Shown in pieces: positions 42,340 through 55,514 of a stretch of 64,000 bases of DNA. The notes under the pieces were generated by a model, which was not told the origin of the DNA, did no database searches, and saw only the letters and a program-made list of their open reading frames with translations. This stretch comes from Macrostomum lignano (taxonomy: Eukaryota): contig NIVC01002109.1 of NCBI GenBank assembly GCA_002269645.1, positions 78,398-142,397 on the forward strand, written 5' to 3'. Position 1 is the first letter of the stretch. Each line of letters begins with the position of its first letter. Made by a program: the position numbers and the translations under genes.

Positions 42340-44624
42340 ATGCGGTTAACGCTGACCAGGCTTGCTGCTGCCGCTGGGGGCACCGCAGGCGGCGGCGGCG
42401 GAGGCGGCGGCAATCGGTTGAAGCGGCTCCGTCAGCTGACCGGCCGGTCTCTGCTGGATTGCCGGCAGGCCCTGGCAGCCTGCGGTCACAACATTGACGC
42501 GGCTGTTGGCTGGTTAAAGAGAAGCTCGGCTTGCGGCATTTCTGCCCAGGAGCAGCCCGTCGCTGCTGGCGCTGACGATCGGCGGCGAGGCGAGAAAGCT
42601 GCGTTGAAAAGACGGCAAAAGCCGGCGAGGCACGGCCTGCTGGGCGTCTCTGTGCTGCAGCTGCCGCTGCGATTGCCTCAGCAAGCACGGTGAATACAAC
42701 TTTGTGTTGCAAGTGTTTTGTGTGTGTGTCTTGACTCTCAGTTGTTGGGCCAGCCTCCCAGATCCTCAGTTGCTGGGCCAGCCTCCCAGAGTGTCAATTG
42801 CTGGGCCACCAGCCTCCCAAATCCTCAGTTGCTGGGCCAGCCTTCCAGATCCTCAGTTGCTGGGCCAGCCTCCCAAATCCTCAGTTGCTGGGCCAGCCTC
42901 CCAGATCCTCAGTTGCTGGGCCAGCCTCCCAGAGTGTCAATTGCTGGGCCACCAGCCTCCCAAATCCTCAGTTGCTGGGCCAGGCTCCCAAATCCTCAGT
43001 TGCTGGACCAGCCTCCCAGATACTCAGTTGCTGGGCCACCAGCCTCCCAAATCCTCAGTTGCTGGGCCAGCCTCCCAAATCCTCAGTTGCTGGACCAGCC
43101 TTCCAGATTGTTAGTTGCTGGGCTACTCAGTTCAATAATTAACCTGCGCTCCACTTCCCCAGCCGCCAAGCTGCATCACCGCAGCAGTCAGCAGCCACAG
43201 CCGTAGTTGTTGAACTCCGCTGTCAAACAGAATTCGCGGCCCGCAATCAGCTGTTCCAGCTGCTCCTGTCCACCGCCTGCCAAGCCGTCATGACATCGGT
43301 GCTGGCCGCAGACTCCGGCTCGGGTGGTGCGCTGCCGCCAGCCATAATTCTGTCTCCAGATCGACTTTTATCCCTGACCGTGCCAGCTGCGGCTAGCCGG
43401 GATTCCCATCGCGAGTCTGCAGCGCCCGCATCATCGGTGCTGACCATTGCCGACGCTCTGGCGGAGACGGCTTCAAGGATTGGTGAACGATTGACGCTGA
43501 TCCGAGGATTGGCGTTCACGGCTCCGGCTGGGACCAAACTGGCCGTGTACTGCCACCCACTCGAGAGCTGGCATTTGCAGCACAAGCAGATTGCTAAGTG
43601 CGTGCTCGGGGGTTATTTGTGCCGTTCTATAGCTGGGATTTTATTCCCCTTTGTATGGCTGGGATTTTATTCCCCTTGATGTCTTTCATAGCTGGGATTT
43701 TATTCCCATTAGTGTCTCTCATAGCTGGGATTTTATTCCCCTTTTTATGGCTGGGATTTTATTCCCATTAGTGTCTCATAGCTGGGATTTTATTCCCCTT
43801 TGTATGGCTGGGATTTTATTTCCCTTGGTGTCTTTCATAGCTGGGTTTTATTCCCCTTAGTGTCTTTCATAGCTGGGATTTTATTCCCCTTAGTGTCTTT
43901 CATAGCTGGGATTTTATTCCCCTTAGTGTCTTTCATAGCTGGGTTTTATTCCCCTTAGTGTCTTTCATAGCTGGGTTTTATTTCCCTTAGTGTCTTTCAT
44001 AGCTGGGTTTTATTTCCCTTAGTGTCTTTCATAGCTGGGATTTTATTTCCCTTAGTGTCTTTCATAGCTGGCTTTTATTCCCCTAACTTACTTCCCCATC
44101 GGAGGGATCATTGCTAGATCAATAAACTGCCTAACATTGCTTACTAGAGTGCCCAAATCAACCCGTAGGCTATAAAATGTGCACCCAATGAACTCTTCAT
44201 CAGGCCCGGCAGCACGGCACCATCGGCCAGCATCGGCCAGGGCTCCCCTCTGCAGCAGCAGCAGCCGCCGCCGGCTCCAACAATATTCGCTCGCTACGCA
44301 GCCGGTGTAGCATATCAGCTGCTCGCCGCCGAGCAGAAGCACAGACAGCAGCAGCAGCAGGCGGCTGCAGAGGCTGCTAGACGACTCGCTCAGCACGTGG
44401 TCGGCATGCGGCCCAGGTGTGTCGGAATCGACCCCACCGCTGCCGCCACTAGCTCCGCCGGTTTCAACGACGAGCGCCGATTCGAACTTCAGCCATTCCT
44501 ATTGGACGAGACGGTCACGGCTGGGGAATGGGCAGCGTCGCGGGGTATTCGGGTTGTCGATTTTTTTCGCGCCCAATCGGCGCCGCCTTCGTCAATCGAC
44601 GTGTCGATTGGGAGCGTCGGCTAA
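42340..44624 (+). CDS. TSFM: Mitochondrial elongation factor Ts; exons 42340-42689, 43163-43597, 44204-44624 (1206 nt)
   Basis: LKRLRQLTGRSLLDCRQAL...AVGWL (UBA-like domain), VVVELRCQTEFAARN, IGERLTLIRG, LAQHVVGMRP and QPFLLD...VVDFFR. Both introns are phase 2 GT-AG and the frame closes. Confidence 0.88.
42735..43130 (-). repeat. 28-bp minisatellite (agcctcccagatcctcagttgctgggcc) in TSFM intron 1
   Basis: The unit is the exact reverse complement of the 33575-34045 unit. Confidence 0.95.
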
Positions 44625-45550
44625 AGCTGTTCGGACGGAAATGAGCGAATCTCTAGGGTTTTTTTTAATCCCGTTTTGAAATCCTATGGCTGATGGTTCC
44701 CCAGCTTTAATATCCCATGGTGACTAATAGGGTTTTGTTCCCCAACTCTGAAATCCCCATACCCAGCTATTGAGATTTTAGTTTATTCCCCAAGATCTGA
44801 AATCCCCATACCCAGCTATAGGGATTTTAGTTTATTCCCCAGCTCTGAAATCCCCATACCCAGATATAGGGATTTTAGTTTATTCCCCAGCTCTGAAATC
44901 CCCATACCCAGATATAGGGATTTTAGTTTATTCCCCAGCTCTGAAATCCCCATACCCAGCTATAGGGATTTTAGTTTATTCCCCAGCTCTGAAATCCCCA
45001 TACCCAGATATAGGGATTTTAGTTTATTCCCCAGCTCTGAAATCCCCATACCCAGATATAGGGATTTTAGTTTATTCCCCAGCTCTGAAATCCCCATACC
45101 CAGATATAGGGATTTTAGTTTATTCCCCAGCTCTGAAATCCCCATACCCAGCTATAGGGATTTTAGTTTATTCCCCAGCTCTGAAATCCCCATACCCAGC
45201 TATAGGGATTTTAGTTTATTCCCCAGCTCTGAAATCCCCATACCCAGCTATAGGGATTTTAGTTTATTCCCCAGCTCTGAAATCCCCATACCCAGCTATA
45301 GGGATTTTAGTTTATTCCCCAGCTCTGAAATCCCCATACCCAGCTATAGGGATTTTAGTTTATTCCCCAGCTCTGAAATCCCCATACCCAGCTATAGGGA
45401 TTTTAGTTTATTCCCCAGCTCTGAAATCCCCATACCCAGCTATAGGGATTTTAGTTTATTCCCCAGCTCTGAAATCCCCATACCCAGCTATAGGGATTTT
45501 AGTTTATTCCCCAGCTCTGAAATCCCCATACCCAGATATAGGGATTTTAT
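43630..45550. repeat. 33-bp array in TSFM intron 2 (43630-44085) and a related 48-bp array after TSFM (44735-45550)
   Basis: Both share gggatttta...ttattcccc. Confidence 0.92.
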
Positions 45551-46030
45551 CCACCAACTCTGGAATTCCCATGGTGACTCGGGTGACTGGGATTATGATT
45601 TCATATCGTCTTGCGAAACATTTTTCAACATTAGAATTACCACTTTTGATATTTATTCTAGTTAATAAATTAGACAAAAATTTTGGCAGCAATTTTTTTT
45701 ACTTTTTTAATGTACATGCAGCAATAGTTAATCCCTAGGCCGCGCTAGGCTAACTTGCCAGCAAATCAGGAGTCAATGCATAAACATACATTCACATCTA
45801 TTGTGTCATCGATTGCTTGTTTCTTAGATTGATCATTCTGATTGACATGATAATACATTTAGAATGCACATTTAGAACGTCTCGGACGTCTTCTGTTCTT
45901 TGCACGAACTATGGCTCGTATAAAAATTACGTGTTTGTTTTGAACCATTTTTGTTTCATGTTTTATTAATATTTAGAAAGCAACTTATTATTGATAAATA
46001 ATGAGACAGATAACAGAAAGTTAGTTAGAT

Positions 46031-47806
46031 TGATGTAACCGCCTTTGATGACCGTCTGCTCAGCGGGGAGGATAGAGACTGACCATAGGGGGCAATGACC
46101 GTAGGCTGCCTATGACCGGGCAATGACCTGACGGACCTCCAACACCAGACTGTAACGCCCACATGATTGATAGCTTTGGTAACGCTTTTGTGACCAGAGG
46201 GCCAAGGACCCACATGGACCCCACCTGTAGCCAAGGTGCAATAGTTGGTCACCTGCCACCACGCTTTGTGACGTGGTGCACCTGGATCTTACGACCAGAT
46301 CTGTCGAGGCTAGAGCCCCGCCTGGATTGGTTACCAGGGGATTTAGGCTAACAGGAGAGACGGATGCAGCCGAGTACAGGGACTCTGCTTGGTGCATATT
46401 CGGGAACTGTGGGATCAATCTGGAGGATTTCTCAGCAGGGGATCCTTTTTGGCTATGAATGAGGCGGACTTGAGGCTTCAATTACTAAGAGTAGTGTGAG
46501 ATGAACATGTACTAGCTATAGTTTAGATTGCTCAGAGCGAAGGGACGCGTCAGCATGGGGTTGCAACCTTCCTGCTGCCATTCTGTGCCAAGACCCGCTA
46601 CTTCCCTCTACTGCCCGCACACTCGGACCCGCAGCACGCACACACAGGCGGGCTTGGCACGGGGATTGGCACTTGGCACTTGCCATTGGCTTACCTAAAC
46701 TTCCTTATGCTTTGCCACCCAGGGAGAAAGGCTCAGCAAGCCATTGAGTGAAATAATGGTGAAAGTGCGAAAAATGAGGAGTTTATTAGTGGTTATTAAT
46801 GATTAGGCCCTTAGGCAAAATAAACAGGCAATTTAGGTGGCTTCACTATTGAGCAAAAATACAGCAAAGATACGGTAACACAATTGGCTCAGCTCTCTAA
46901 TCAGTCCTCACGGCCGTCGCTCCAAGGTCGTTTCCATGACTCCCTCTCTCTGATTGGCTGCCGGGAAAATGACGTCAGAATGAGTCATGATAAGAAGCAT
47001 GAGAACGGCATAGCAACATGAGAAATGGGAGAATTGCGCAATCCGGAGGAGGGGTGGGGGGGAAATGAGCACAGCGGGGGGTCGACGAAGTGTTGCGCAA
47101 GCAAACATTAAGAACAATAAGATCTAGACCGAGAATAAAGGAAATAGAAATCGGGGATAATTGAGGAGAACCGGGAACAATAGAAAAGTAAACATTGGAG
47201 AAAAGGTGCTAATTGGGTGCGAAAAGGAGAACAATAGAACCAGAAAATCTGGGAAGATGTGATAATTAGGTGCGAAAACGATAACAAAAGAATCAAAAAC
47301 AAGAACAATAGGAGCGGAGGGGTGGGTGTCACATGAGAAATCTTGAGAAGAGAGCAATAGCATGAGAAAAGGTTGCGCGAGAGGGGGTGATGAGTCATCG
47401 GGGTGAGGGTTAGAAGCTTTGCGTCACCGTTTGGGATTCTAAAAGGAGATGGGGCGATGGTTAGCACAGGCAATACTGTAAGTAAGCACGGGATGAGAAG
47501 GGGACAGCGCAAGAAAAACGGGCTAAAACATGAGGAGAAACATGAGAAGTACATGATACTTGGGTGGGGCGCGTGAAAAATGGGGAAGGCAGACGAGGTG
47601 CACGAAATAGGGGCTCCGGAAAGGCACGTGTGGCTGAGTGGGAGACGGAACCGAGCCAGCAGGGGGATGCAGCAGAGCGGGAGTCAGTTGGCCTGGTCAG
47701 GGACCCGGCCCAGTCTCTACAGCTCTGCCCGGTGGGTCAAAAGAGATCAGAGAGATTCCGCAAAATTTCCCCCACCAGATCCCGCGACCAGAGCGTGGTT
47801 ACATCA
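46031..47806. mobile_element. Solo LTR (or LTR-bounded non-autonomous element), 1776 bp
   Basis: TG...CA termini with 10-bp inverted ends TGATGTAACC / GGTTACATCA. Perfect 4-bp TSD AGAT at 46027-46030 and 47807-47810. Confidence 0.8.
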
Positions 47807-47809
47807 AGA

Positions 47810-47873
47810 TAGATTGATTGATTGATTGATTGATAAACACTCGTAGATAGATAGATAGGTAAATAGATAGATG

Positions 47874-47904
<31 letters not shown>

Positions 47905-47924
47905 GGATAGATAGATGGATAGAT

Positions 47925-47965
<41 letters not shown>

Positions 47966-47992
47966 GGATGGATAGATAGATGGATGGATCCG

Positions 47993-48047
<55 letters not shown>

Positions 48048-48056
48048 GGATGGATG

Positions 48057-48111
<55 letters not shown>

Positions 48112-48129
48112 GGATAGATTAGATAGATG

Positions 48130-48188
<59 letters not shown>

Positions 48189-48196
48189 GGATAGAT

Positions 48197-48237
<41 letters not shown>

Positions 48238-48250
48238 GGATGGATAGAAA
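47810..48250. repeat. (GATA/GATG)n microsatellite
   Basis: Direct reading. Confidence 0.97.
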
Positions 48251-48742
48251 AATCAGTGAAAACAAGCCAAAGACTTTGAGCACATCTTCTGTGCAAACTA
48301 AATATGAAATCGCATTATAGTTGACGATGAAAGCAACTTTTTAAAATATTGTTTTACGAGCTATATGTTTACAGAGATAATAACAACATTATTCTGAATA
48401 TACATGGTAATTAAATATGCAACAGAATAATAAACCACGTGTCTATAATTTAGCCGTATTTGCTTAACTATCAAATCAATTTGCTTAAACGAGTACAGAA
48501 ACTTATAGAATATAAATTTACTGCAGGATATTAAACTTTTATCTGGAAATCTTTCTAATGAGAGAGATGCTAAAAGTCTATTAGCCTGACTTGCAATAAT
48601 AATAAATCGTCCTTACTGTGTTCTATAAAAAATTCAATGAGAGGTTACGTGTCTATACAGCAGAGAAAAATTCCAATAGTTAATGAAATCAATGTAGTAA
48701 GTAGTATAGTAAGCATCTGTACTGTGCCTTGTGCACGCCGGC

Positions 48743-51700
48743 TCACTTGGCACTGGCTGGAATCTTCGGCAGGCCGAATTCGTCCAGTTGAGCATCGCCC
48801 TGTAATTTTTTTATTGTTTATTGGTATTGACGTGACGTGCTACTCTGGTCTTTACCTACTCTGTAGTGTATTTAAATTCGCGATTTAATCACTCTAATCT
48901 CTAGCTAACTTTTACTCTAATCTCTAGCTACGAGCAACTATCACTCTTATCTTACTAAAATTCTTCACTGCTCCATTAAGCTGAACTCAAGCACTCACAG
49001 CAGCGGCGCTCTCAGCCCCGGGCTCCTTGCTGGGCACGCCGGGCGCATTCAGAGCCTCATCCAAATAAGAATCATCGCCAACTCCGATATCATCGCCAAG
49101 GGCTTCCAGCTCGGCTTCGAGCTCAGACTCGTCCACGTCTGGCATGCCGTAGCTGCGGCCCATGACCTCGTTGATCTCATTGGCCTGATCCATGAAATCC
49201 TCCAGATCGTCTTGCAGATCCTCAACCTTGTCCAAGTTGATACCTTTGTAGCTCTTCTTGAACTCTTTCACGCCGCCTTTCATAGCTTCAACGGTGGTCT
49301 TGGTGTCCTTCACCGTCTGGATGGCGAAGTTAGTCTGCTCCAGATTAAAGCTCTGCTGAGTCAGCTGGTCTCGCTGCTGCTCATAGGTTCGCTTCTGTTT
49401 GAGCACACGCAGCGCCTTCTGCTTAACAAGATTCTTAGAGGGGCCTTCGCGCATCTTCTTCATCTGGTCCCGGTATTTGGCCAGCTCAGCGTCTAGGCGG
49501 GCGATTTTCTTGTCCACGGATTCGCCGCGACTGTCAATCTGGCAATTGGGGGAATGAGAGTCCAATTAGATTGGACTGCAACTCGTTTGATATTAGGGTC
49601 TGAATCTATCTTTTTAGGATTAGACAAGCTTAGAATCCAATTCCCATCTCTATTTCCCTTTGTAGAACTGTTGACATGGAAATTCAGTGTATGCTTCCCT
49701 TGTATCAACCAATTTTTACACTTTTTTTCTGACTAACTTATTGGCTGCTCTTCTGCTACTTGCTTGTTTTTTATCCTCCTTTGTGTTTTTATCTTATCCA
49801 CTTGCATTGCTTTTTTCTTGCCTTTCTTATTTTTGTTTCATTATTTTCTAGTTAAGTTTAAACAATTACTTAGTGGCTGTGGCATGACGCGAATTCGCGA
49901 AAATAACGCGAATACGCGAATTCTATCACCCCGACGCGAAAATTGAGGGCAATGGAGAACGCGAAAAAAACAAAATGCTTCTTATAAGTTTTTCAAAAGA
50001 ATTGTGTTGTGTAATAGGCCTTCATACAAATGATTATTAAATAAATGACTATTGAATTCTTTATTGTGCAGTACTTAAATAAAATGAAGCTATCACCATG
50101 TTTTTTTATCGTCTTAATCAAACATTTTATTTTGTTAAATGTGTAAATTTTTAGGATTCGGCTAATAATAAATACCATGAGATAGACGTGTTATCTATGC
50201 AACTATGGATTTGTGAAAGCTAGTACAGTTTGCTTGTACCTTTCGTTTATCTTTTGACTCTTTCAACCATTCGACAACTCAGTCCAGCGCCTCCATGAGC
50301 CTAAGTAAAAGCCCGAGGTTACCGGTGGCTTGGAATGAAGACTGGCTGGAGCGCATTGATAACAATGGCGACAAGATTGGCATCTGGGCAAAGAAGCTCG
50401 ACAGCGAGGGTAGCACAGTGCGCTGCAACTGGTGTGCCAAAACTTTTGAAATCAAAAGTGGCCTGACCAACTTTAGAAGCCACGCAGAGGCTGCCAAACA
50501 AGCGCTGCTGAAGCCAGCTCAGGCAATACATTTGCTTTCACCACATTAGACACAAGCAGTACAATTGCTGATGCACGGGCAGCTGAGATCCGATGTGGTA
50601 CGAGACTCGTAATCAAGGCACGCAGCTTCGAATCAGAAGCAGATCTCGCTGAGGATATTGCTGCGATTTGTCCAGATTCAAAGATTCCTCCCCGTATGCA
50701 GCTCCATGAAAGCAAGATTGCTTACCTCCTTCGGGATGCATTGTTTCCATACATCAGAGAAGCAGTGCTGCAGGAGATCCGCGCAGCTGAATGGTTCTCG
50801 CTCCAAATCGATGAGGCTAATAAAGGATCCAAATACCTCGGAGTAGTTGCCCGCTTCCTGCCCAGCTCGTCTCTTGACGTTAAAGTGGTCTGCATCGACT
50901 TGTCTGAGTTAAAGTCCACAACAGCAGAGGCAATGGCGACTGCCGTCCGTCAGTCCATGTTGAAGTCTGGAATCAATAGCAACTACTGTCTCTCTATTAT
51001 GAGTGACAGTTGTAACGCTATGCGTGGTGCCAAGAGTGGTACAGTTGTTAGGCTAAAAACCGACGGGTTTCCTAACTTAATCGATCTAGGAGGCTGTTCC
51101 TTACACCATGTCGCTAACGTGGCTAGATACGCCTGTGGAGCTTCCGACCTTGGAGTGTCAGTAGAACGCTTGCTTAAGAAGATCTACGCCTTCTTTAAGA
51201 CAGTGCAGTCGGATGGTTTTGATGACGTTCTAGCTGACAGCTTCTGTGAGATAAAGAAGCTGGCATTCCTCCGACCTGTGGAGACCCGGTGGCTCCAAGT
51301 GCTGCCTGTCGTTGAACGAGTGCTCTATCTAGATGCACCGCTTGATAAGTTCTTTTCGGAACTGAACGTCAAGAGTAGGGACTCAGGGCCGCACGCTGGT
51401 ACCATAAAAAAGGCCCTGAGAGATCCAAAGACTGAGTTCTTTCTTCGCTTCATAGCAGAGGTTTTGAAGCCGCTTTAGCGTCTTGAGCTTCTCTTCCAGC
51501 AGGAAAGCTCCCAGCTCCACCACCTACACAGTCAAATGCTAGACTTAATGAAGCGCTGGTTGTTGCGATTTGTAGATTTGGCCGAACTTTCCAAGCGGCA
51601 TCTATGGAAAGTCAACTTGGATGATCTAGCTGTCTGGCTAGGGCCCTATAGCATTGGGATGGGTGAGCCAGCAAAGCCATTGTTTGTTGACATAACTGCT

Positions 51701-54700
51701 GACGACTAGCAAGTGTCTTCAAGCAATGAAAAAATTCTTCCGAGTTGGAACTGAAAACTGAGGGACTACCTAGCCCTTCAAGAGTTAGTTCCTCAAGGCC
51801 TGCAAAATGCTGGATCTGAAGGAGCAGCGTAATTCGTCCTATGTTAAGTGGGTTACAACCCTTATGGCGGAAATGTAATTTGCTTTCGCTGGCTGACATG
51901 GAGATTGGCAGCCTGAAAGTTGAGGCGCGTCTACACCAGACAGACACCAGACAGAGATTCCGGAGTCGGAGTTGTCAAATGTCATCGAATTTTGGGAGTC
52001 TGTATCCAAGGCTGGTAATTGTCCTCTACTCATTAGGCTTGTTAGAGCGCTTCTCGTTCTCCCACATGGGAACACTGAAGTTGAGCGAGTCTTCAGTCTG
52101 GTTTGGGACACGGTTACTAAGAAGCGGACAAGTTTGGCACCCTTCACTGTCAAGGCCTTAATTGTCACTTGTTCCTGTTTGTCTGTAAAGAAATGGACTG
52201 CTGCGAATCTGCTTTTCACCTTAGCTCTCTGGAACATGTGCACAAGTGCTCATTTGGCGTACCGACAGAGACTGAAGGATGAGGCGGTGGAAGCAAAGCG
52301 AGAGTGCCATGAAAAGCTAACAAAAGAGGTGCTCACTGAAGTAGAGGCAGAAAAGAAAGCTAGCAAGCAATTCAGCTCTTTGCAAATGGATATTGCATCA
52401 AATGCAATAAAAATTGAGAAAAAAATTAAAGAAAAGAGTGCTGCACTTCTGTTGCTTGAAGAAGCTTGGCTAAAAGCAAAGGTGCACAAAATGAGCTTGA
52501 AGAGCTTCGCAAGGTGCAGGATTGCATTCAAAAGAGGAAAGAAGAAGAGTCAAACCAAATTATGCAATCAGTTTTAAAGAGGAAGACTGCTGAGCTGGCA
52601 GCTGCGACGCCTCTGCCAGCATCTGTTGCGCAGATTAAAAAGTTTTGACGTGACTAACTTTTGACTGATCCTTTGCGTTAATAGAGACTGTGCTAGTAAA
52701 TAGCAGGACTCATTGACAGTTGACACTCTGCTTATTTAAGCTGTTTTTACCTAAGCAGTTGAAAAGCACTCATATATGTTGTTTCAATCAATGTTTCAAA
52801 AAAGTTTCAATTCAATCCAATTTTTAAGTAATTAAAATCCACATTTTACTCCTAACCCAAACTTGCTTGATTGTGTTAAACTCATAAGTTTCTTCCTCAA
52901 CAAAACAGAATCTTCTTCAAACCAAACCAAACAAACCAAACCTTCAAACACAAGGAAACAGCTTAACATGTAATGTCATGAATTCAAGAAACATTTTACA
53001 CACATTTTACATGTATCCTATGTACACTTTATTAAACTAGTACCTCTGCTTAATCATTCAGCTAATTTAATTGAGTTTCAAAAAAATTTAATTAATATTA
53101 TTATTTGCCTTAGCAAACTATTCCATAACTAAAGAAACCTCGTTGAAGCAAAATTGAGTTTTAAGTCAACACATTTTTTTGAAAAAAATTCTGGTGGTTC
53201 TTCAATAGTTGTTAATTGGCGTATAGTTGCCACAGCCACTGTTGACAAGGTCAAAAATAAAGTATATCATCTATAGTTAGGAAGGTGGCCTTTGCTATGG
53301 AAAATTATAGTACATACAAGGGGTCCTTAGCGCACTTGGCATACAATCATGGCACACACTAAGGTCCCTGGCATATGCGGTGCACAAATCATGGTGCACA
53401 CTGAGGTCCCTAGCACATGCAACACATAAGGTCCCTGACATATGCAGTGCTATGCACAACTTTGGTGTATAAGGAATCAGAATAGAATCTTTATTAGCAT
53501 AAAACTGGCATAGCATATTGAGTCTACATGAATTTTAAGAATTTTCAAACTTGTTGTAAAATACATAATTTACATAAATACATAAATTACATAAATTATA
53601 TAAAATACATAAAATAAGGACACAGACATGGCACACAGATGACACACAGATGGCACACAAATGGTGCATAGATGGGGTGCATAGATGGTGCATAGATTGT
53701 CCCAAAAAAATTATTCCAGTGCACATTGCCACCTTCCTGACTATGGTATCATAGATGTTTTAAAGTCTAAATTGCTACTATATAATTCTACAAGCAATCA
53801 TTAAAGCCATAGAATTAAAAAAACTAGATATAACTATTTATTGACTAGTTTAAGACATTTGAATAATGGATAAGAAATAATATTTTTGTATAAATTCATT
53901 CTAATATTATGAGCTAGACTTTAGCCTTAGGTTTTTTTAAACACCTTTCTCCTTGGCTTTAAACAAAAATCAAAAGAGATGTTATCTATATAAAATACAA
54001 ATATATAACTTGAAGCCAAAAATGACCCAATTTACAAATTGACTTAGATAAAAAAATCAATGATTTATAAGCTAAGGCTTATCGAATTAAACATTTGCAA
54101 AAGGCTGGGCCAATGATCAATATCATAAGATTTTTCACTTTTTACTTTTTTAAAATTGGGTTTTTTGTTTAGTTTGGATCTTAATGGGTTTCAATAAAGG
54201 CCTCAAGGTATAGGACACTGGTTTTTTTATTTTTCCTGATATAAAAGGCATAATATCTAAAATGCTTAGGGCCTATAATAGGCTCATAATGGCAATAAGG
54301 CCTATAATGGCAATAGGCTAATATGCTTAGGCCCTATAAGATATACCTGCAAGAATTTAAAATTAAAGAACTTTTATAGGATTACATTTTGACTTAGTGT
54401 TTTTATACTAAGACTAAGACTTAGTGTTTAGTCTCTTATAAAATAGTCTATTTTCATATAGCTTACTAACTTATTACATTGACATTGCATAATTATATTC
54501 ATATGTTCCGCCATAGCCATAGCTATGGCTATGGGATCCTACGGCAAAAATAGGTAAAATAGGTGCCTATGGCAGCTACGGATACGCCTACGGTAGCTAG
54601 CTGCTCTTACGGCTATGACTATAGAAATATGGTAGTTGTTGTCACATTCCATAGATTCCCATAGTCTGAGTTATTCATGTTAAACATTGATTGATTGAAA

Positions 54701-55514
54701 AAATATTTGAAACAGGTAGAATAAAACAAAGATACTTTTAGTAAACTGTATTATCAACTTAGAAACTTTTAAAATATACCTAAAAAAGTACAATAACACA
54801 CTAGCAAACTCTAATTTTTATTGATGTAAAAAAGTTCAGAATTAGTATTTTCAGTAAAGATTAAGTATTGTTGCTCTGAAAAAAGACAAAATATAATCTT
54901 ACAAAGGCAATTGAGTGTTTCTTTTATTTTCTAACTTAATTTGCAGTTGTTTAAGCACCAAGTTATCTTCTTGATTTAAAATATTTTGTTTTTTAGACTT
55001 TTTGTTAAAACTACAGCTATGGCTACAGGAACTATGGGAATATGGTAATATTAGGGTCCCTACGGCTATGGAATACAGAGAATTGGAATAAGCTATAGTT
55101 TTGCTTACAGCTACGGCTATGGTACATGGACCTTCCTTATGGCAGAACACTACCTATAGCTTAGGCTATACCTACTTTATTCTCTAGCCTATGGTATATC
55201 CTTTAGTTTTAAAAGGCATACATAGGTTTAGAATTATTGACTAAATTTGCATTTTAAATTAAATATGTTCATAACTATCTATTTCACACAATTAATTGGA
55301 CACAAATGCAAAAATGAAGGTAGAAAACAAAATAATGTATAAAAAATGTTTTTTTTTTATTATAGATAATAGAGTCAAATAAATTGTATCAAAAGATTAG
55401 AAATGCAGAAATTAGGTGTTTATAGTAAAAAATGTATAGACTTACATTGGAAACAGCATCATTAAGATTTGGTGGAGGTTGTTTTGGCTTTCCAGTACCA
55501 AAAAGTCTATTCAT
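48743..55514 (-). CDS. CHMP5: Charged multivesicular body protein 5 (ESCRT-III, Vps60); exons 55514-55446, 49538-48999, 48799-48743; 221 aa
   Basis: [23 protein letters not shown] | [19 protein letters not shown]...[21 protein letters not shown] | [18 protein letters not shown]. All introns are phase 0 GT-AG. Confidence 0.95.
49871..53241 (+). mobile_element. Decayed hAT DNA transposon in CHMP5 intron 1; transposase remnants about 50295-52577
   Basis: TIR TAGTGGCTGTGGCA / reverse complement CAGTGGCTGTGGCA and left subterminal CGCGAA repeats. Protein remnants include a BED-like CxxC..H, FSLQIDE, CSLH, VETRWL and [12 protein letters not shown]. There are frameshifts and a TAG at 51476-51478. 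No 8-bp TSD was seen. Confidence 0.85.
53273..53744. mobile_element. MITE in CHMP5 intron 1
   Basis: 17-bp TIR with 1 mismatch, ATAGTTAGGAAGGTGGC / reverse complement ATAGTCAGGAAGGTGGC. Confidence 0.7.
54504..55149. mobile_element. Possible MITE with ctacgg/gctatgg internal motifs
   Basis: 12-bp inverted ends with 1 mismatch (tgttccgccata / tgttctgccata); TSD unclear. Confidence 0.4.

Noticed and set aside
46110-46481. 123-aa ORF as gag or a host gene
   Set aside because: It lies inside the solo LTR and has no recognisable motif.
49539-49565. CHMP5 starting at 49565 or lacking its N-terminus
   Set aside because: The real first exon (MNRLFG...) was found at 55514-55446 with a GTAAGT donor.
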